From IMG/VR virus record IMGVR_UViG_3300045988_168112: a DNA stretch of 64,000 nt. One strand, written 5' to 3'. Under the pieces are notes generated by a model. That model saw only the letters and a list, made by a program, of their open reading frames with translations, was not told the DNA's origin and made no database searches. Both the position numbers and the translations under genes were made by a program. How positions within the stretch are numbered: the first letter of the stretch is position 1; each line of letters begins with the position of its first letter. This DNA is from a virus. Positions 10,136 to 18,552 of the stretch are shown piece after piece.

Positions 10136-10675
10136 TTATTCAACAACATCAAAGAACTTCTCACATACATGTTTTACTACAGTGTAATATGTTGAAAGTT
10201 CCTTTGAAATCTGATAGAAAGAACGACCGTCATTCTTCAAAAGTTCATCGTAAATCTTTGAAGAAATATCACTCATCTTTTCAGGTTTTTCACCTTTCGG
10301 TTTTACATTCAGCTTAACCTTCGGTTCTCTTGGCGCCTTCGGAGCTTTTTCTTTAGGTTCTTTCTTGGCTTTCGGAGCTTTTTTAGCATTTTTCTTTTCT
10401 TCCTTTTTAGCTTCTTTGCGCTTCTTCTCATCTTCAGGACGAGGTTCTTCAGCATCTTCTTCAACTGTTGCTGCATGCTCAGCAACCATCTGCTCTTCAG
10501 CAGCAACATCTTCATCAGAAGCAATCATTTCAGGGTCTGTATAAGTTGAAATTCCAGCTTCTTTCTGTTCAATCAACTTTGCAAGTTCTTCTTTTGAATA
10601 CTTTGCGTAATTAGGAATACCAAGCTCATTTGCTTTTTTACGAAGTACCAGTAACGATTCTTTAACTGTTCCCAT
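10136..10675 (-). CDS. lysine-rich DNA-binding-like protein with an N-terminal Rho_N/SAP-like helix pair
   Basis: LRKKANELGIPNYAKYSKEELAKLIEQ resembles the Rho-N/HeH motif. The centre is a K/E/P-rich, histone-tail-like tract. The gene appears monocistronic, lying between a promoter motif and a terminator. Confidence 0.45.
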   Translation of the reverse strand: MGTVKESLLVLRKKANELGIPNYAKYSKEELAKLIEQKEAGISTYTDPEMIASDEDVAAEEQMVAEHAATVEEDAEEPRPEDEKKRKEAKKEEKKNAKKAPKAKKEPKEKAPKAPREPKVKLNVKPKGEKPEKMSDISSKIYDELLKNDGRSFYQISKELSTYYTVVKHVCEKFFDVVE

Positions 10676-10721
10676 AATAGATTAATTTTAAATGTTTTGT
10701 ATTAATGTTCTTTTGACACTG

Positions 10722-10752
10722 TGAAGATACGACCTTTTGAAAGATGTAGCAA
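10722..10752 (-). promoter_or_regulatory. Bacteroidota-type promoter candidate (TTG-N20-TATCTTCA)
   Basis: The minus strand reads GTTGCTACATCTTTCAAAAGGTCGTATCTTCA, 47 nt upstream of the ATG at 10675. It shares the AAAGGTNGTATCTT core with the motifs at 16064 and 60629. Confidence 0.4.
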
Positions 10753-10765
10753 CACTTGGTCGAAT

Positions 10766-11344
10766 TTATTTCTCAAAAAAGATTACCTTTTTCAATTGTT
10801 CGAGTCTCTCTTCAACACTTCCAGTAATTGTAATATAAGGAATGTCATAATTCTTCAAAAATTGTTGTATCTTCATGTCGACATCCTTCTGGAACTGTTC
10901 ATCTACTGACCTTACTCCATCTTCAACAAGAGGAAATTCAATAGGGAAATAAACAATCAATGAAAGTTCATACTTACGACGAACAACTTCTTTTCTTTCA
11001 CGAAAATCTTCGTTACTGAGTTTATTGTAATCTTCATCTTTAGGATTACATGTATCAAACAATCTTGAAGTGTAAGCTGCAACATCAACAATACATCTAT
11101 CACTTACTGAAGGATTATCAAACATCTTATCAAGAATTTCGTTATAAGCATCAAAAATCTTCTTCTGTGATTCAGAATTACCATTTTCATTGATTACAAC
11201 TTCTTCTCTTTCTAACATCTGACGTACAACTTCTGAATAGAAGTTCCACCCTTTGAACATCTCGTCATTCTTAACGGCTTCAAACAGTGTCGTCTTACCA
11301 GTGCCTTGGGCACCACAAAAACTGATTCTTCTGAAATTAATCAT
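10766..11344 (-). CDS. P-loop kinase of the AAA_28 / NadR ribosylnicotinamide-kinase-like type
   Basis: Walker A is FCGAQGTGKTTL. The C-terminal pattern EDGVRSVDEQFQKDVD...ITGSVEERL is typical of NadR-like kinases. Confidence 0.6.
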   Translation of the reverse strand: MINFRRISFCGAQGTGKTTLFEAVKNDEMFKGWNFYSEVVRQMLEREEVVINENGNSESQKKIFDAYNEILDKMFDNPSVSDRCIVDVAAYTSRLFDTCNPKDEDYNKLSNEDFRERKEVVRRKYELSLIVYFPIEFPLVEDGVRSVDEQFQKDVDMKIQQFLKNYDIPYITITGSVEERLEQLKKVIFFEK

Positions 11345-11895
11345 CGATTGTCTCCTTCGCCGTTAATAACATTCCTTTGTTTTCTTGATGCAAGTTTCTC
11401 ATTATTCTGGATAGCAATCTCTTCAATATCCAATCCAAGACTGTCAGCCAATCCATTGAGATACTTCCAAATGTTCTTCCAAGCACTCAGAACAGCAGTT
11501 TTTCTCTTTTCAGGGAAAGTGTTTGTTTCACCATCTTTCCAATCGTCACGCAACCACTTCTTTACTTGTTCAGCAATCTTTCCTACTTCTGAAGGAAGTT
11601 TAACTCCAATAGAAGCAGCAGAAAGTTCTGGTTCTTTTTCTGTCCAATTCCAATCTTCTTCAAGAGGAAGGTCTAATTCAACCCGAATACTTGCCAAGTA
11701 CCACAATTGGTCTCCGATTTCCTTAGAGATTTCTCCGAGTAACTTCTTTTCGTCTTCTACACTGTCAACTTGGTCGAGTTTTTCATAAGTTTCACCCAAC
11801 TCACCACATAATCCTAATACTACATAAGGAATTGCTACTTTCTCATGATAGGCTTTAGTTGTAATAGCCTTGTTTTCATACTCTTTGTAATTCAT
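11341..11895 (-). CDS. mazG: MazG-like nucleoside triphosphate pyrophosphohydrolase
   Basis: Shows the all-alpha NTP-PPase signature: GLCGELGETYEKL ... EIGDQLWYLASI. Confidence 0.7.
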   Translation of the reverse strand: MNYKEYENKAITTKAYHEKVAIPYVVLGLCGELGETYEKLDQVDSVEDEKKLLGEISKEIGDQLWYLASIRVELDLPLEEDWNWTEKEPELSAASIGVKLPSEVGKIAEQVKKWLRDDWKDGETNTFPEKRKTAVLSAWKNIWKYLNGLADSLGLDIEEIAIQNNEKLASRKQRNVINGEGDNR

Positions 11896-11901
11896 AATCT
11901 T

Positions 11902-12546
11902 TTATCTTAAATTAATTTTAGCATTTTCTACCATCTTATAGAACTCGTCTCTTGTTCTCAAAGAATTATCTTTGAAATAACCTGACAAAAATGCTGTACA
12001 AGTTGTTGAATCATCTTCAGCACCTCTTAATTTCACACACATATGTTCAGCTTCAATATAAACAGCAACTCCTTGATTAGGACCAAGAATCTCATTCAAA
12101 TAATCATGAATCTGTTTTGTAAGATTTTCTTGCAATTGAGGTCTTTTAGCAAACCAATGAACAATACGATTCAATTTAGAAAGTCCTAAAATATTCCCAT
12201 CTTCATTAGGAATGTAAGCTACATACGCTCTTCCGACAAATGGTTCAAAATGATGTGAGCATAAACTATGTACTTTGATATTCCCTTCAAAGACAATACC
12301 ATCATATTTATTATCGTTAGGAAATACTGCAATTACAGGAGGTTCGTTATAAGCTCCTGAAGTTACTTCTTTTACATACATCTTCGCAACTCGATAAGGA
12401 GTCTTGACCATATTAGGGTCATTCTCCCAATCATATCCTAATGCTGTGAGAAATTTGCCAAATGCTTCTTCAGCGTTAATCAACATCTTTGTTTTTTCTA
12501 CTTCAGACAGAACTATATTCTGTCCAGCTTTAATCTTCTTTTCCAT
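11902..12546 (-). CDS. folE: GTP cyclohydrolase I
   Basis: SLCSHHFEPFVGRAYVAYIP...GLSKLNRIVHWFAKRPQLQENLTKQI matches the FolE active-site blocks CEHH...GLSK...RPQ.QE. Confidence 0.9.
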   Translation of the reverse strand: MEKKIKAGQNIVLSEVEKTKMLINAEEAFGKFLTALGYDWENDPNMVKTPYRVAKMYVKEVTSGAYNEPPVIAVFPNDNKYDGIVFEGNIKVHSLCSHHFEPFVGRAYVAYIPNEDGNILGLSKLNRIVHWFAKRPQLQENLTKQIHDYLNEILGPNQGVAVYIEAEHMCVKLRGAEDDSTTCTAFLSGYFKDNSLRTRDEFYKMVENAKINLR

Positions 12547-12549
12547 ATA

Positions 12550-13398
12550 TTAAACTCCTCGTTTTGTTCCCCAAATTATAATCTGTAATCTATCTGAATA
12601 ACGATATCCATGCTCTGCACAATATTCAGCAACCATCTGTCTATTCTGGTCTAATTCATCATTTCGTGAACCGGCGGGCATGAGCGTTATATTCCAAGGA
12701 TTAATGAATCTTGTATCAAACCATATCTCAGTTCCATTGAATTCTTGAGAATATCTCTTACGAGATTTCTTTTGGATATCGTACAACATCAAATCATGGA
12801 TTTGTTTTTCGATTTCTTTAAAATCTTCTTTTCTACTGACCACATACTTCAGACTAAAATCCTTCGCATGTTCAATCATATTCCACAATGCTTCAATATT
12901 AAATCTTTCTACAGCATGTTTCTTCAAAGCTGGACTCCATTTCATTCCAAGTTTCTTAAGCTTCTCATCAGTAGGCTCTGAAGATGACAATTTCGGCGAG
13001 ATATTAATCAAATCTATTTCTTTCAATATAGACTCATCTACAAGAAGTGTTCCATTCGTCTCTATAAGAACATCCATACAATAATCGTTAGCTATCTCAA
13101 TCAAGTCAGCGACAACATCTGGATACAAGAAAGCTTCACCCCCACTTATAGAAAGTGCAGTTGTCATCGGATATTTCTCAATGATATCGACAACTGATTG
13201 ATAGTTGTATTTACCTTTCTCAGGAGCAAAGCTGGAATAAGCGGTATCACATATACTGTTATCAAAACAACAACGAAGATTGCAGCCAGACAAACGGACA
13301 AAAATTGTCGCTTCGCCTGCTGTATTTCCTTCTCCTTCAATAGAATTAAAGACCTCGATAATTGGTCTCTTCTTTTCGTAATCAATATTTCTCATCAT
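12550..13398 (-). CDS. queE: 7-carboxy-7-deazaguanine synthase (radical SAM, QueE)
   Basis: N-terminus IIEVFNSIEGEGNTAGEATIFVRLSGCNLRCCFDNSICDTAY matches the QueE pattern EIF.S.QGEG...F.R..GCNL.C..CDT. The cysteine cluster carries a short insertion. Confidence 0.85.
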   Translation of the reverse strand: MMRNIDYEKKRPIIEVFNSIEGEGNTAGEATIFVRLSGCNLRCCFDNSICDTAYSSFAPEKGKYNYQSVVDIIEKYPMTTALSISGGEAFLYPDVVADLIEIANDYCMDVLIETNGTLLVDESILKEIDLINISPKLSSSEPTDEKLKKLGMKWSPALKKHAVERFNIEALWNMIEHAKDFSLKYVVSRKEDFKEIEKQIHDLMLYDIQKKSRKRYSQEFNGTEIWFDTRFINPWNITLMPAGSRNDELDQNRQMVAEYCAEHGYRYSDRLQIIIWGTKRGV

Positions 13399-14009
13399 TA
13401 TTTAACTTGCTGTTCTACTTTAGGATTTTCAAACCATTTTGTTTCTGGATTTTTCTTCTGATGTCTTCCGTCAAGATACCAATTGAATAATTCTACACTC
13501 CACTCACTTGTTACTGATTGTGAACATTCAAATGGTATTTCAAATACACTCGACATCGATACAATATCTTCTCTTTCTGCAGTAGCACTTCCTGTTCTTG
13601 TTTCGTAATATTGTACCTTATCAAGACATATCTTCGATTCGTTATTATTCATTTTCGTACAATCGAGAATGCTTTGAATTCCTGACAAAAAGAATAACGA
13701 CAACATTTCTGCTGACGGATTAAATGGTAAAGAGACCCATCTTTCACTATGCTTTTTGATGAAGTTAATGTATTCTTGATTATCTTTGTCCCAAAAAACT
13801 GTACAATGGTCAAACGAATTAATGAATTGTTTTATCGAACCCTTCATTAATCCAAAATCATAAATCATTCCAGCATTATCTAAAGCACTTGCCTTCAGAC
13901 TTACCAATACTTTAAAGGAATGTCCGTGCAGACTTTTTTTGCAATAATTTGTTGAACAATTACGCACAATATGCGCCATCTCTCCTTCGAATTCTTTTGT
14001 AATAATCAT
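13398..14009 (-). CDS. queD: 6-carboxy-5,6,7,8-tetrahydropterin synthase (QueD/PTPS family)
   Basis: FEGEMAHIVRN...LHGHSFKVLVSL...MIYDFGLMK matches the QueD F.AAH.L...GH.CG.LHGH and DF..L blocks. Confidence 0.85.
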   Translation of the reverse strand: MIITKEFEGEMAHIVRNCSTNYCKKSLHGHSFKVLVSLKASALDNAGMIYDFGLMKGSIKQFINSFDHCTVFWDKDNQEYINFIKKHSERWVSLPFNPSAEMLSLFFLSGIQSILDCTKMNNNESKICLDKVQYYETRTGSATAEREDIVSMSSVFEIPFECSQSVTSEWSVELFNWYLDGRHQKKNPETKWFENPKVEQQVK

Positions 14010-14049
14010 AAAATCTTCCTTTTAGAATTAATGTTTAAAGATACTATAT

Positions 14050-14532
14050 TCACTTCAGTTTTTCGAGTGGAAGGGTATATAGCAATTTGATTTTGAAGTA
14101 AATATATGGCACAAAAGAAGAGATTCCATTTTTCAAGATTCTCACTGAATTTTCATTAGGATGATTAGCTTTGATGGTATATTCAATTCCTTCCCAGATT
14201 ACCGTTTCTCCTGGTTTTAATAGATAAAATTTATCCCAATAAGATATTGATTCTTTTGATTTAGGATTATACTGAAAATTTGGAAGTCCATATTCTTGAA
14301 TAAATTCTTTTTTCCAGAAAAATTCAAATGCTTCATCTAATTCAAAAATGTTCGGTAGTAAGAATTTCTTTGAAAGGTCTAAAATTTTGAATTTCTTTTT
14401 CTCTGCTATATCTTCATTCATCTTTTTGAATTCAGGTCTATCGTAAATAATTGACCTTAACTTACAACTTAAATACTCTAACTGTAGTATTTTTATAAAC
14501 TCTTCATTAGTTAAACTGCGTGATTTTTCCAT
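14050..14532 (-). CDS. hypothetical protein (160 aa)
   Basis: ORF immediately upstream (minus sense) of queD. No motif recognised. Confidence 0.5.
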   Translation of the reverse strand: MEKSRSLTNEEFIKILQLEYLSCKLRSIIYDRPEFKKMNEDIAEKKKFKILDLSKKFLLPNIFELDEAFEFFWKKEFIQEYGLPNFQYNPKSKESISYWDKFYLLKPGETVIWEGIEYTIKANHPNENSVRILKNGISSFVPYIYFKIKLLYTLPLEKLK

Positions 14533-14573
14533 ATCGAATTTTTGCTTGCAAAACTACAAACTATCTTTCAATA

Positions 14574-14603
14574 TGGAAAGAAAGGGTTACTTAATTGTAA
14601 CCC
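14574..14603 (-). terminator. rho-independent terminator
   Basis: Perfect 7-bp stem GGGTTAC/GTAACCC (14584-14590 and 14597-14603) with a 6-nt loop. It starts 3 nt after the stop at 14606 and is followed on the minus strand by UUUCUUUCC. Confidence 0.6.
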
Positions 14604-14612
14604 TATTATTTC
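14575..14612. repeat. left copy of an imperfect inverted repeat flanking the GC-richer island
   Basis: GGAAAGAAAGGGTTACTTAATTGTAACCCTATTATTTC. The reverse complement of the right copy is GGAAAGAAGGGGTGAAAATCAAAGTAACCCCTATTTCC. Shared blocks are GGAAAGAA, GGGT, GTAACCC and TATT. Confidence 0.5.
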
Positions 14613-15529
14613 TCCTTGTATATCCCGGTCACTGTCCCTTCCTCGTCCGTTATGAATAGGGTCTTGTGCTCCTTTGATTCGTACACTCTTTCCGACAATC
14701 TGCTTACTGGGTATGTGTTGCTGTTGCTGTCCTTGATAGCATACATTATTTTGTTTCCTTTGTTGAAAGTGGGTTCCTTTGACTGCTTCTTGTTGTCTTC
14801 CATTACCCATTTGTTGCACATGTATAGGAGACACACCGCTTTCCGGAACACATGGAAATCGTCCTCGTCTATCATTACCCTTTCCTTGTCCCCAAATCCG
14901 ATTGAATAGACCATTCTTTCCATGTCGTATACCTTATGCAGGGGCTTTGTTAGAGTATGGGTGAGATGGAAGATTGTTTCACTAATCATGTTTTCCGTGT
15001 CTTCTTCTTCCTTTATCTCAATCATTGTCTCCTTGTTTATGAATGGGTTCAGTACGTCAATCATGCCGGACATCACGTCAGTAATAAACTGTCTTGCCGA
15101 ATGTCTTACACATGGTATGCTGCCCTTTTCTTCTATGAGTATCACATCTTCCCCCTCTTTATAGATTGCATTCATGCCAAGTTCCGTTATATACATCAAT
15201 GTGACCATATCGGTTCCCTTGATTATATACGTGTCTCCGTACTTCTGCTTTAGCTTGTATATGGCAATGTTCATCCTCTGTTCAAACATCTTTGTCTCCT
15301 TCTCTTCTCTTCCTTCTATCTCCTTGTAGAAATCACTGATGAATTGTTCCACGTGAAACAATGGACTTTTTGCTGTTTGTTCTCCTATCAATATAGCGGT
15401 AGCTTGTTTTGAGTTAGAGACTGTTAAGTCCATTAAATCGCAAATATTGAATACTTTTTTGATTTTGTCTTCTGTACAGCATACCAAAATACTGTTGTCG
15501 TACTTTTTCTGAAATTCTTCCTTGTCCAT
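14606..15529 (-). CDS. hypothetical protein (307 aa) in a compositionally distinct island
   Basis: Longest ORF in the island. The DNA here is visibly GC-richer than its flanks, and the ORF track shows a pile of overlapping stop-free frames only in this region. No motif recognised. Confidence 0.6.
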   Translation of the reverse strand: MDKEEFQKKYDNSILVCCTEDKIKKVFNICDLMDLTVSNSKQATAILIGEQTAKSPLFHVEQFISDFYKEIEGREEKETKMFEQRMNIAIYKLKQKYGDTYIIKGTDMVTLMYITELGMNAIYKEGEDVILIEEKGSIPCVRHSARQFITDVMSGMIDVLNPFINKETMIEIKEEEDTENMISETIFHLTHTLTKPLHKVYDMERMVYSIGFGDKERVMIDEDDFHVFRKAVCLLYMCNKWVMEDNKKQSKEPTFNKGNKIMYAIKDSNSNTYPVSRLSERVYESKEHKTLFITDEEGTVTGIYKEK

Positions 15530-15576
15530 AATCTTTTTATTTTTAAGTTTTGTAAAATATCTATACTAATTGTCAA

Positions 15577-15614
15577 GGAAATAGGGGTTACTTTGATTTT
15601 CACCCCTTCTTTCC
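15577..15614. repeat. right copy of the imperfect inverted repeat flanking the GC-richer island
   Basis: GGAAATAGGGGTTACTTTGATTTTCACCCCTTCTTTCC. It is itself a hairpin (GGGGT/ACCCC) oriented like a plus-strand terminator. Confidence 0.5.
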
Positions 15615-15661
15615 GTATACTTAATAATTCGTAACCTTTTGTCTTGTATTGGCTCTGAACA

Positions 15662-16018
15662 TCACCAATTTATTTTAATTAATCTGGCTCCCCAACCTTT
15701 ACCTGTTGCTCCGTCATATCCAATTACATTCCAGCTAAGTTGTCTCTTTTCATTCACACACAAGCAATGTGGTCGAATTACTTTTCCATAACTACCAAAA
15801 AGAAAATCACCTGTCAAAATTTCTCCATTTTCTTTATAAGCTGTTGTATTATCTCTTGTAGGGTCATAATATATCTTGTGTCCTTGATATTCTATGCAAT
15901 CCATTTCAACTTCTTTATTTACCCACTCGTAAATTCTTTTTGTTCTTTTGGTCGGTTTACCATTTCTCATTACAGGAACATCAATCCATTTAATTTCTTT
16001 AATTGTAATAGTTTTCAT
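15662..16018 (-). CDS. hypothetical protein (118 aa)
   Basis: ORF with an ATG 46 nt downstream of a promoter motif. No motif recognised. Confidence 0.5.
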   Translation of the reverse strand: MKTITIKEIKWIDVPVMRNGKPTKRTKRIYEWVNKEVEMDCIEYQGHKIYYDPTRDNTTAYKENGEILTGDFLFGSYGKVIRPHCLCVNEKRQLSWNVIGYDGATGKGWGARLIKINW

Positions 16019-16063
16019 ATCTTTCTGTTTTAATCGTTTAATATCTCCTTTTGTTTTACACTG

Positions 16064-16094
16064 TAAAGATACACCTTTGGACCACGCGGTCCAA
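16064..16094 (-). promoter_or_regulatory. Bacteroidota-type promoter candidate (TTG-N20-TATCTTTA)
   Basis: The minus strand reads GTTGGACCGCGTGGTCCAAAGGTGTATCTTTA. The GTTGGACC and AAAGGTGTATCTTTA blocks and their spacing are the same as at 60629-60659. Confidence 0.45.
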
Positions 16095-16097
16095 CAG

Positions 16098-17108
16098 TTA
16101 GACCAAATTATTTGTGTAAAAATTTATAGGCTCCATAATCTCATCCAACGCTTCAAGTAATTCTTCTTGAGATGCATCACCTGGGTCTTTCTTTTTATCT
16201 TTCAAACAAGCAATCCTGATATTAAAATACTTCTGTAGAGTCAAAGCTGTAGATTTTATCATTTCAGGTTTATCAGGGTCATAGAGCAATATAATATTCC
16301 TGACACTTCTTTTCAGTCTTAACAGTTTTATCTGCTCTGTACCCATATTATTACCAAATGTGAAGATACATTTTATCTCATCTGATTCGTAGAGATGAAG
16401 TTTATCATCTACAGATATATAATCGAATAGACCTTCAACTATTATAATGGTATCAGTTGTGTCTGTAATATTATCGTATCCTCCTAACACTCTTGAAAAT
16501 CCATCTGTAGAGTTTTCATATCGGAGAACGAGTTTTTCTTTACCTTCTTTGAATGCTTTAAGGTTCTTTTCGTGCCATTCTTTACTTTTCTTTGAACGTG
16601 CCAACCAAGCTGTCGTCTTTCCGTTCATTGTAAATTGAAATATGATTTTGTCGCGTAATTTCTTATCAAGAAAGAAGTTTGTGATTGCTGGCTTGAATTC
16701 TTTATAGTATCTTTTGTTGAATCCTCGATTGTTCAAGTATTCATCTTCTTTAAGATATTCTAACTTTCGAGGAAGTTTACATTCAGTTAATTCTATAGGA
16801 TTTTCATTCCCCTCATCTTTTTCTTTTATAAGAGGAGTCAACTTCGAGATTTTTACACTATTTTCATAGTTTATCTTCGCTAAATCTAATCTATTTATTT
16901 TTTCAAGGAAATTCTTCAGATTAGTCTTCTGTCCACATTTAAAACAATGAAAAAACCCATTATTACCAACATCATTAAAATGTACACCCCATTTCCCACC
17001 TTTTCCACAAAAAGGACACACTTCATCTCTGTTTTGATACCAACCAGCAGCACCAAACGGAGTTAGACTTAATTCTTGTATTATTTCATCTTTATCAATT
17101 CTAAACAT
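16098..17108 (-). CDS. DNA primase (zinc finger plus TOPRIM)
   Basis: Zinc-binding motif CPFCGKGGKWGVHF...FHCFKCG. TOPRIM-like acidic blocks IIIVEGLFDYISV and ILLYDPDKPE. Confidence 0.8.
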   Translation of the reverse strand: MFRIDKDEIIQELSLTPFGAAGWYQNRDEVCPFCGKGGKWGVHFNDVGNNGFFHCFKCGQKTNLKNFLEKINRLDLAKINYENSVKISKLTPLIKEKDEGNENPIELTECKLPRKLEYLKEDEYLNNRGFNKRYYKEFKPAITNFFLDKKLRDKIIFQFTMNGKTTAWLARSKKSKEWHEKNLKAFKEGKEKLVLRYENSTDGFSRVLGGYDNITDTTDTIIIVEGLFDYISVDDKLHLYESDEIKCIFTFGNNMGTEQIKLLRLKRSVRNIILLYDPDKPEMIKSTALTLQKYFNIRIACLKDKKKDPGDASQEELLEALDEIMEPINFYTNNLV

Positions 17109-17110
17109 CG

Positions 17111-18550
17111 TTATACTGTTTTTGCTCTACTTGCTTTATGTAATTTTTCTTTTTCAGGCTTTGATTCTGATTTTTTAGTTTTCTTAGGTGTATTGTTGAA
17201 TAAATCGATTGTCCTACTTCTGCTATAGAATCGTCCTTTATCGTAATTCGTTGCAATAGGTAATATTTCATGAGACTCTTTATAATCACGTAATTTATCA
17301 ATATATATACGCATTAATTCTTGTCTTTTTTCTTCTCTTGTCTGATTACCAGTAAATACAAATGAAAACGGCTTTACAAGAGTCTTATCACCTTCTGTAT
17401 AACTTCTATCAATAACTTTATCAGCATTATCCCATATCTCTATAGGGACGTTACTTGCTTGAGTCGCAGTAAATCCTACCATCTTGAATTCTACACATAT
17501 ATTCTTGAATAATTGGGCACAAGTTTGCAACTTGTCTTTCTTGAATGAAGGATTATTGTCAATAGTCTTGTTTATTCCTGTAGCAACAAGGTCTAATGAA
17601 TCAAGAATAAGTACTCTTGGGAAATATTGATGTTCTTTATGATAATCAAGAATCAAGTTCCTTATATCTACCATCGTCGCTTCACCAAACTTTTCAAATC
17701 CATAGACGTCAATATCTTGACCAAACTCTTTCATAGCTTTCCATGTCTGTTGAATCTTATTCTGGTCTTCAGTCTTAAGATATCCTTGTCTTATATCATT
17801 GTAGGGTTGATTTGTCCAATATTGGTCGTATCTATCGAGGCATGCTTGAATTCCACCTTCAAGCTGTATATGTAAAACAGAATTTCCATCCAAAGCTGCT
17901 TGCATTCCGTGATGTCTAAGAACAGTTGATTTTCCGATACCTGACCTCATAATCCATAATACAGTATCTTCAATAGAAGCTCCTCCATAAGACAATTCAT
18001 CAAGTCTATCAATCCCAAGTGTTATTTTCTCAGAGATATTACTCGAATCAATTGATTCACGTCTTTTTCTCATTCGTAAATCAAATCCATTGAAGACTTG
18101 CTGAAAACTACCTCCGTCGTGTCTTAATGATAGAGAAAGTATCCTTTGACTCTCTTCTGCGTTTACCCGTATAGCTTCTTCCTTCTTTCCTTCTTCATAA
18201 AGGTCATGTACTTTCTTAGAGAGTAATTGAAATTCTACATCCTTAATATAAGATTCAAGTTGGTCTATGATTATTTCTTTATCAACTTTTGAAGCACTTT
18301 GAATTTCATGAATTGTTTCTTGAACAAAATCATTATCAATGTATTTTTGAGAAACAGCTCCTAAAGATGGAACTGTTTCTTTATCAGTAAACGTTTCAAT
18401 AGCTTCTCTCAGAAGATATTTATATCCTGGCCACTCTTTAGGTATCAATTGATATGTCAAGTTTGTACATGCTATCTGAGTCAGTGTAGGGTCAAGATAG
18501 ATTAACTTGAACAATTCTGCCATAAAGTTGGCACTTAATTTCATCGCCAT
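17111..18550 (-). CDS. dnaB: DnaB-family replicative helicase
   Basis: Walker A is IMRSGIGKSTVL and Walker B is VLILDSLDLV. The RecA-like C-terminal domain follows a helical N-domain, and the gene is adjacent to the primase. Confidence 0.85.
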   Translation of the reverse strand: MAMKLSANFMAELFKLIYLDPTLTQIACTNLTYQLIPKEWPGYKYLLREAIETFTDKETVPSLGAVSQKYIDNDFVQETIHEIQSASKVDKEIIIDQLESYIKDVEFQLLSKKVHDLYEEGKKEEAIRVNAEESQRILSLSLRHDGGSFQQVFNGFDLRMRKRRESIDSSNISEKITLGIDRLDELSYGGASIEDTVLWIMRSGIGKSTVLRHHGMQAALDGNSVLHIQLEGGIQACLDRYDQYWTNQPYNDIRQGYLKTEDQNKIQQTWKAMKEFGQDIDVYGFEKFGEATMVDIRNLILDYHKEHQYFPRVLILDSLDLVATGINKTIDNNPSFKKDKLQTCAQLFKNICVEFKMVGFTATQASNVPIEIWDNADKVIDRSYTEGDKTLVKPFSFVFTGNQTREEKRQELMRIYIDKLRDYKESHEILPIATNYDKGRFYSRSRTIDLFNNTPKKTKKSESKPEKEKLHKASRAKTV

Positions 18551-18552
18551 AT

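Noticed and set aside
10309-10524. The 71-aa same-strand alternative-frame ORF inside the lysine-rich gene, and similar nested ORFs (4046-4273, 13164-13385, 17101-17301, 22327-22515, 33275-33508, 47396-47584, 56663-56893, 62181-62429)
   Set aside because: These are alternative frames of repetitive or biased coding sequence. There is no independent evidence for them, and the main frames carry the conserved motifs.
14568-15253. A cluster of five overlapping short ORFs on both strands
   Set aside because: They are by-products of the locally GC-richer composition, which gives fewer stop codons. Only the 307-aa ORF spans the island and is bracketed by a start context and a terminator.
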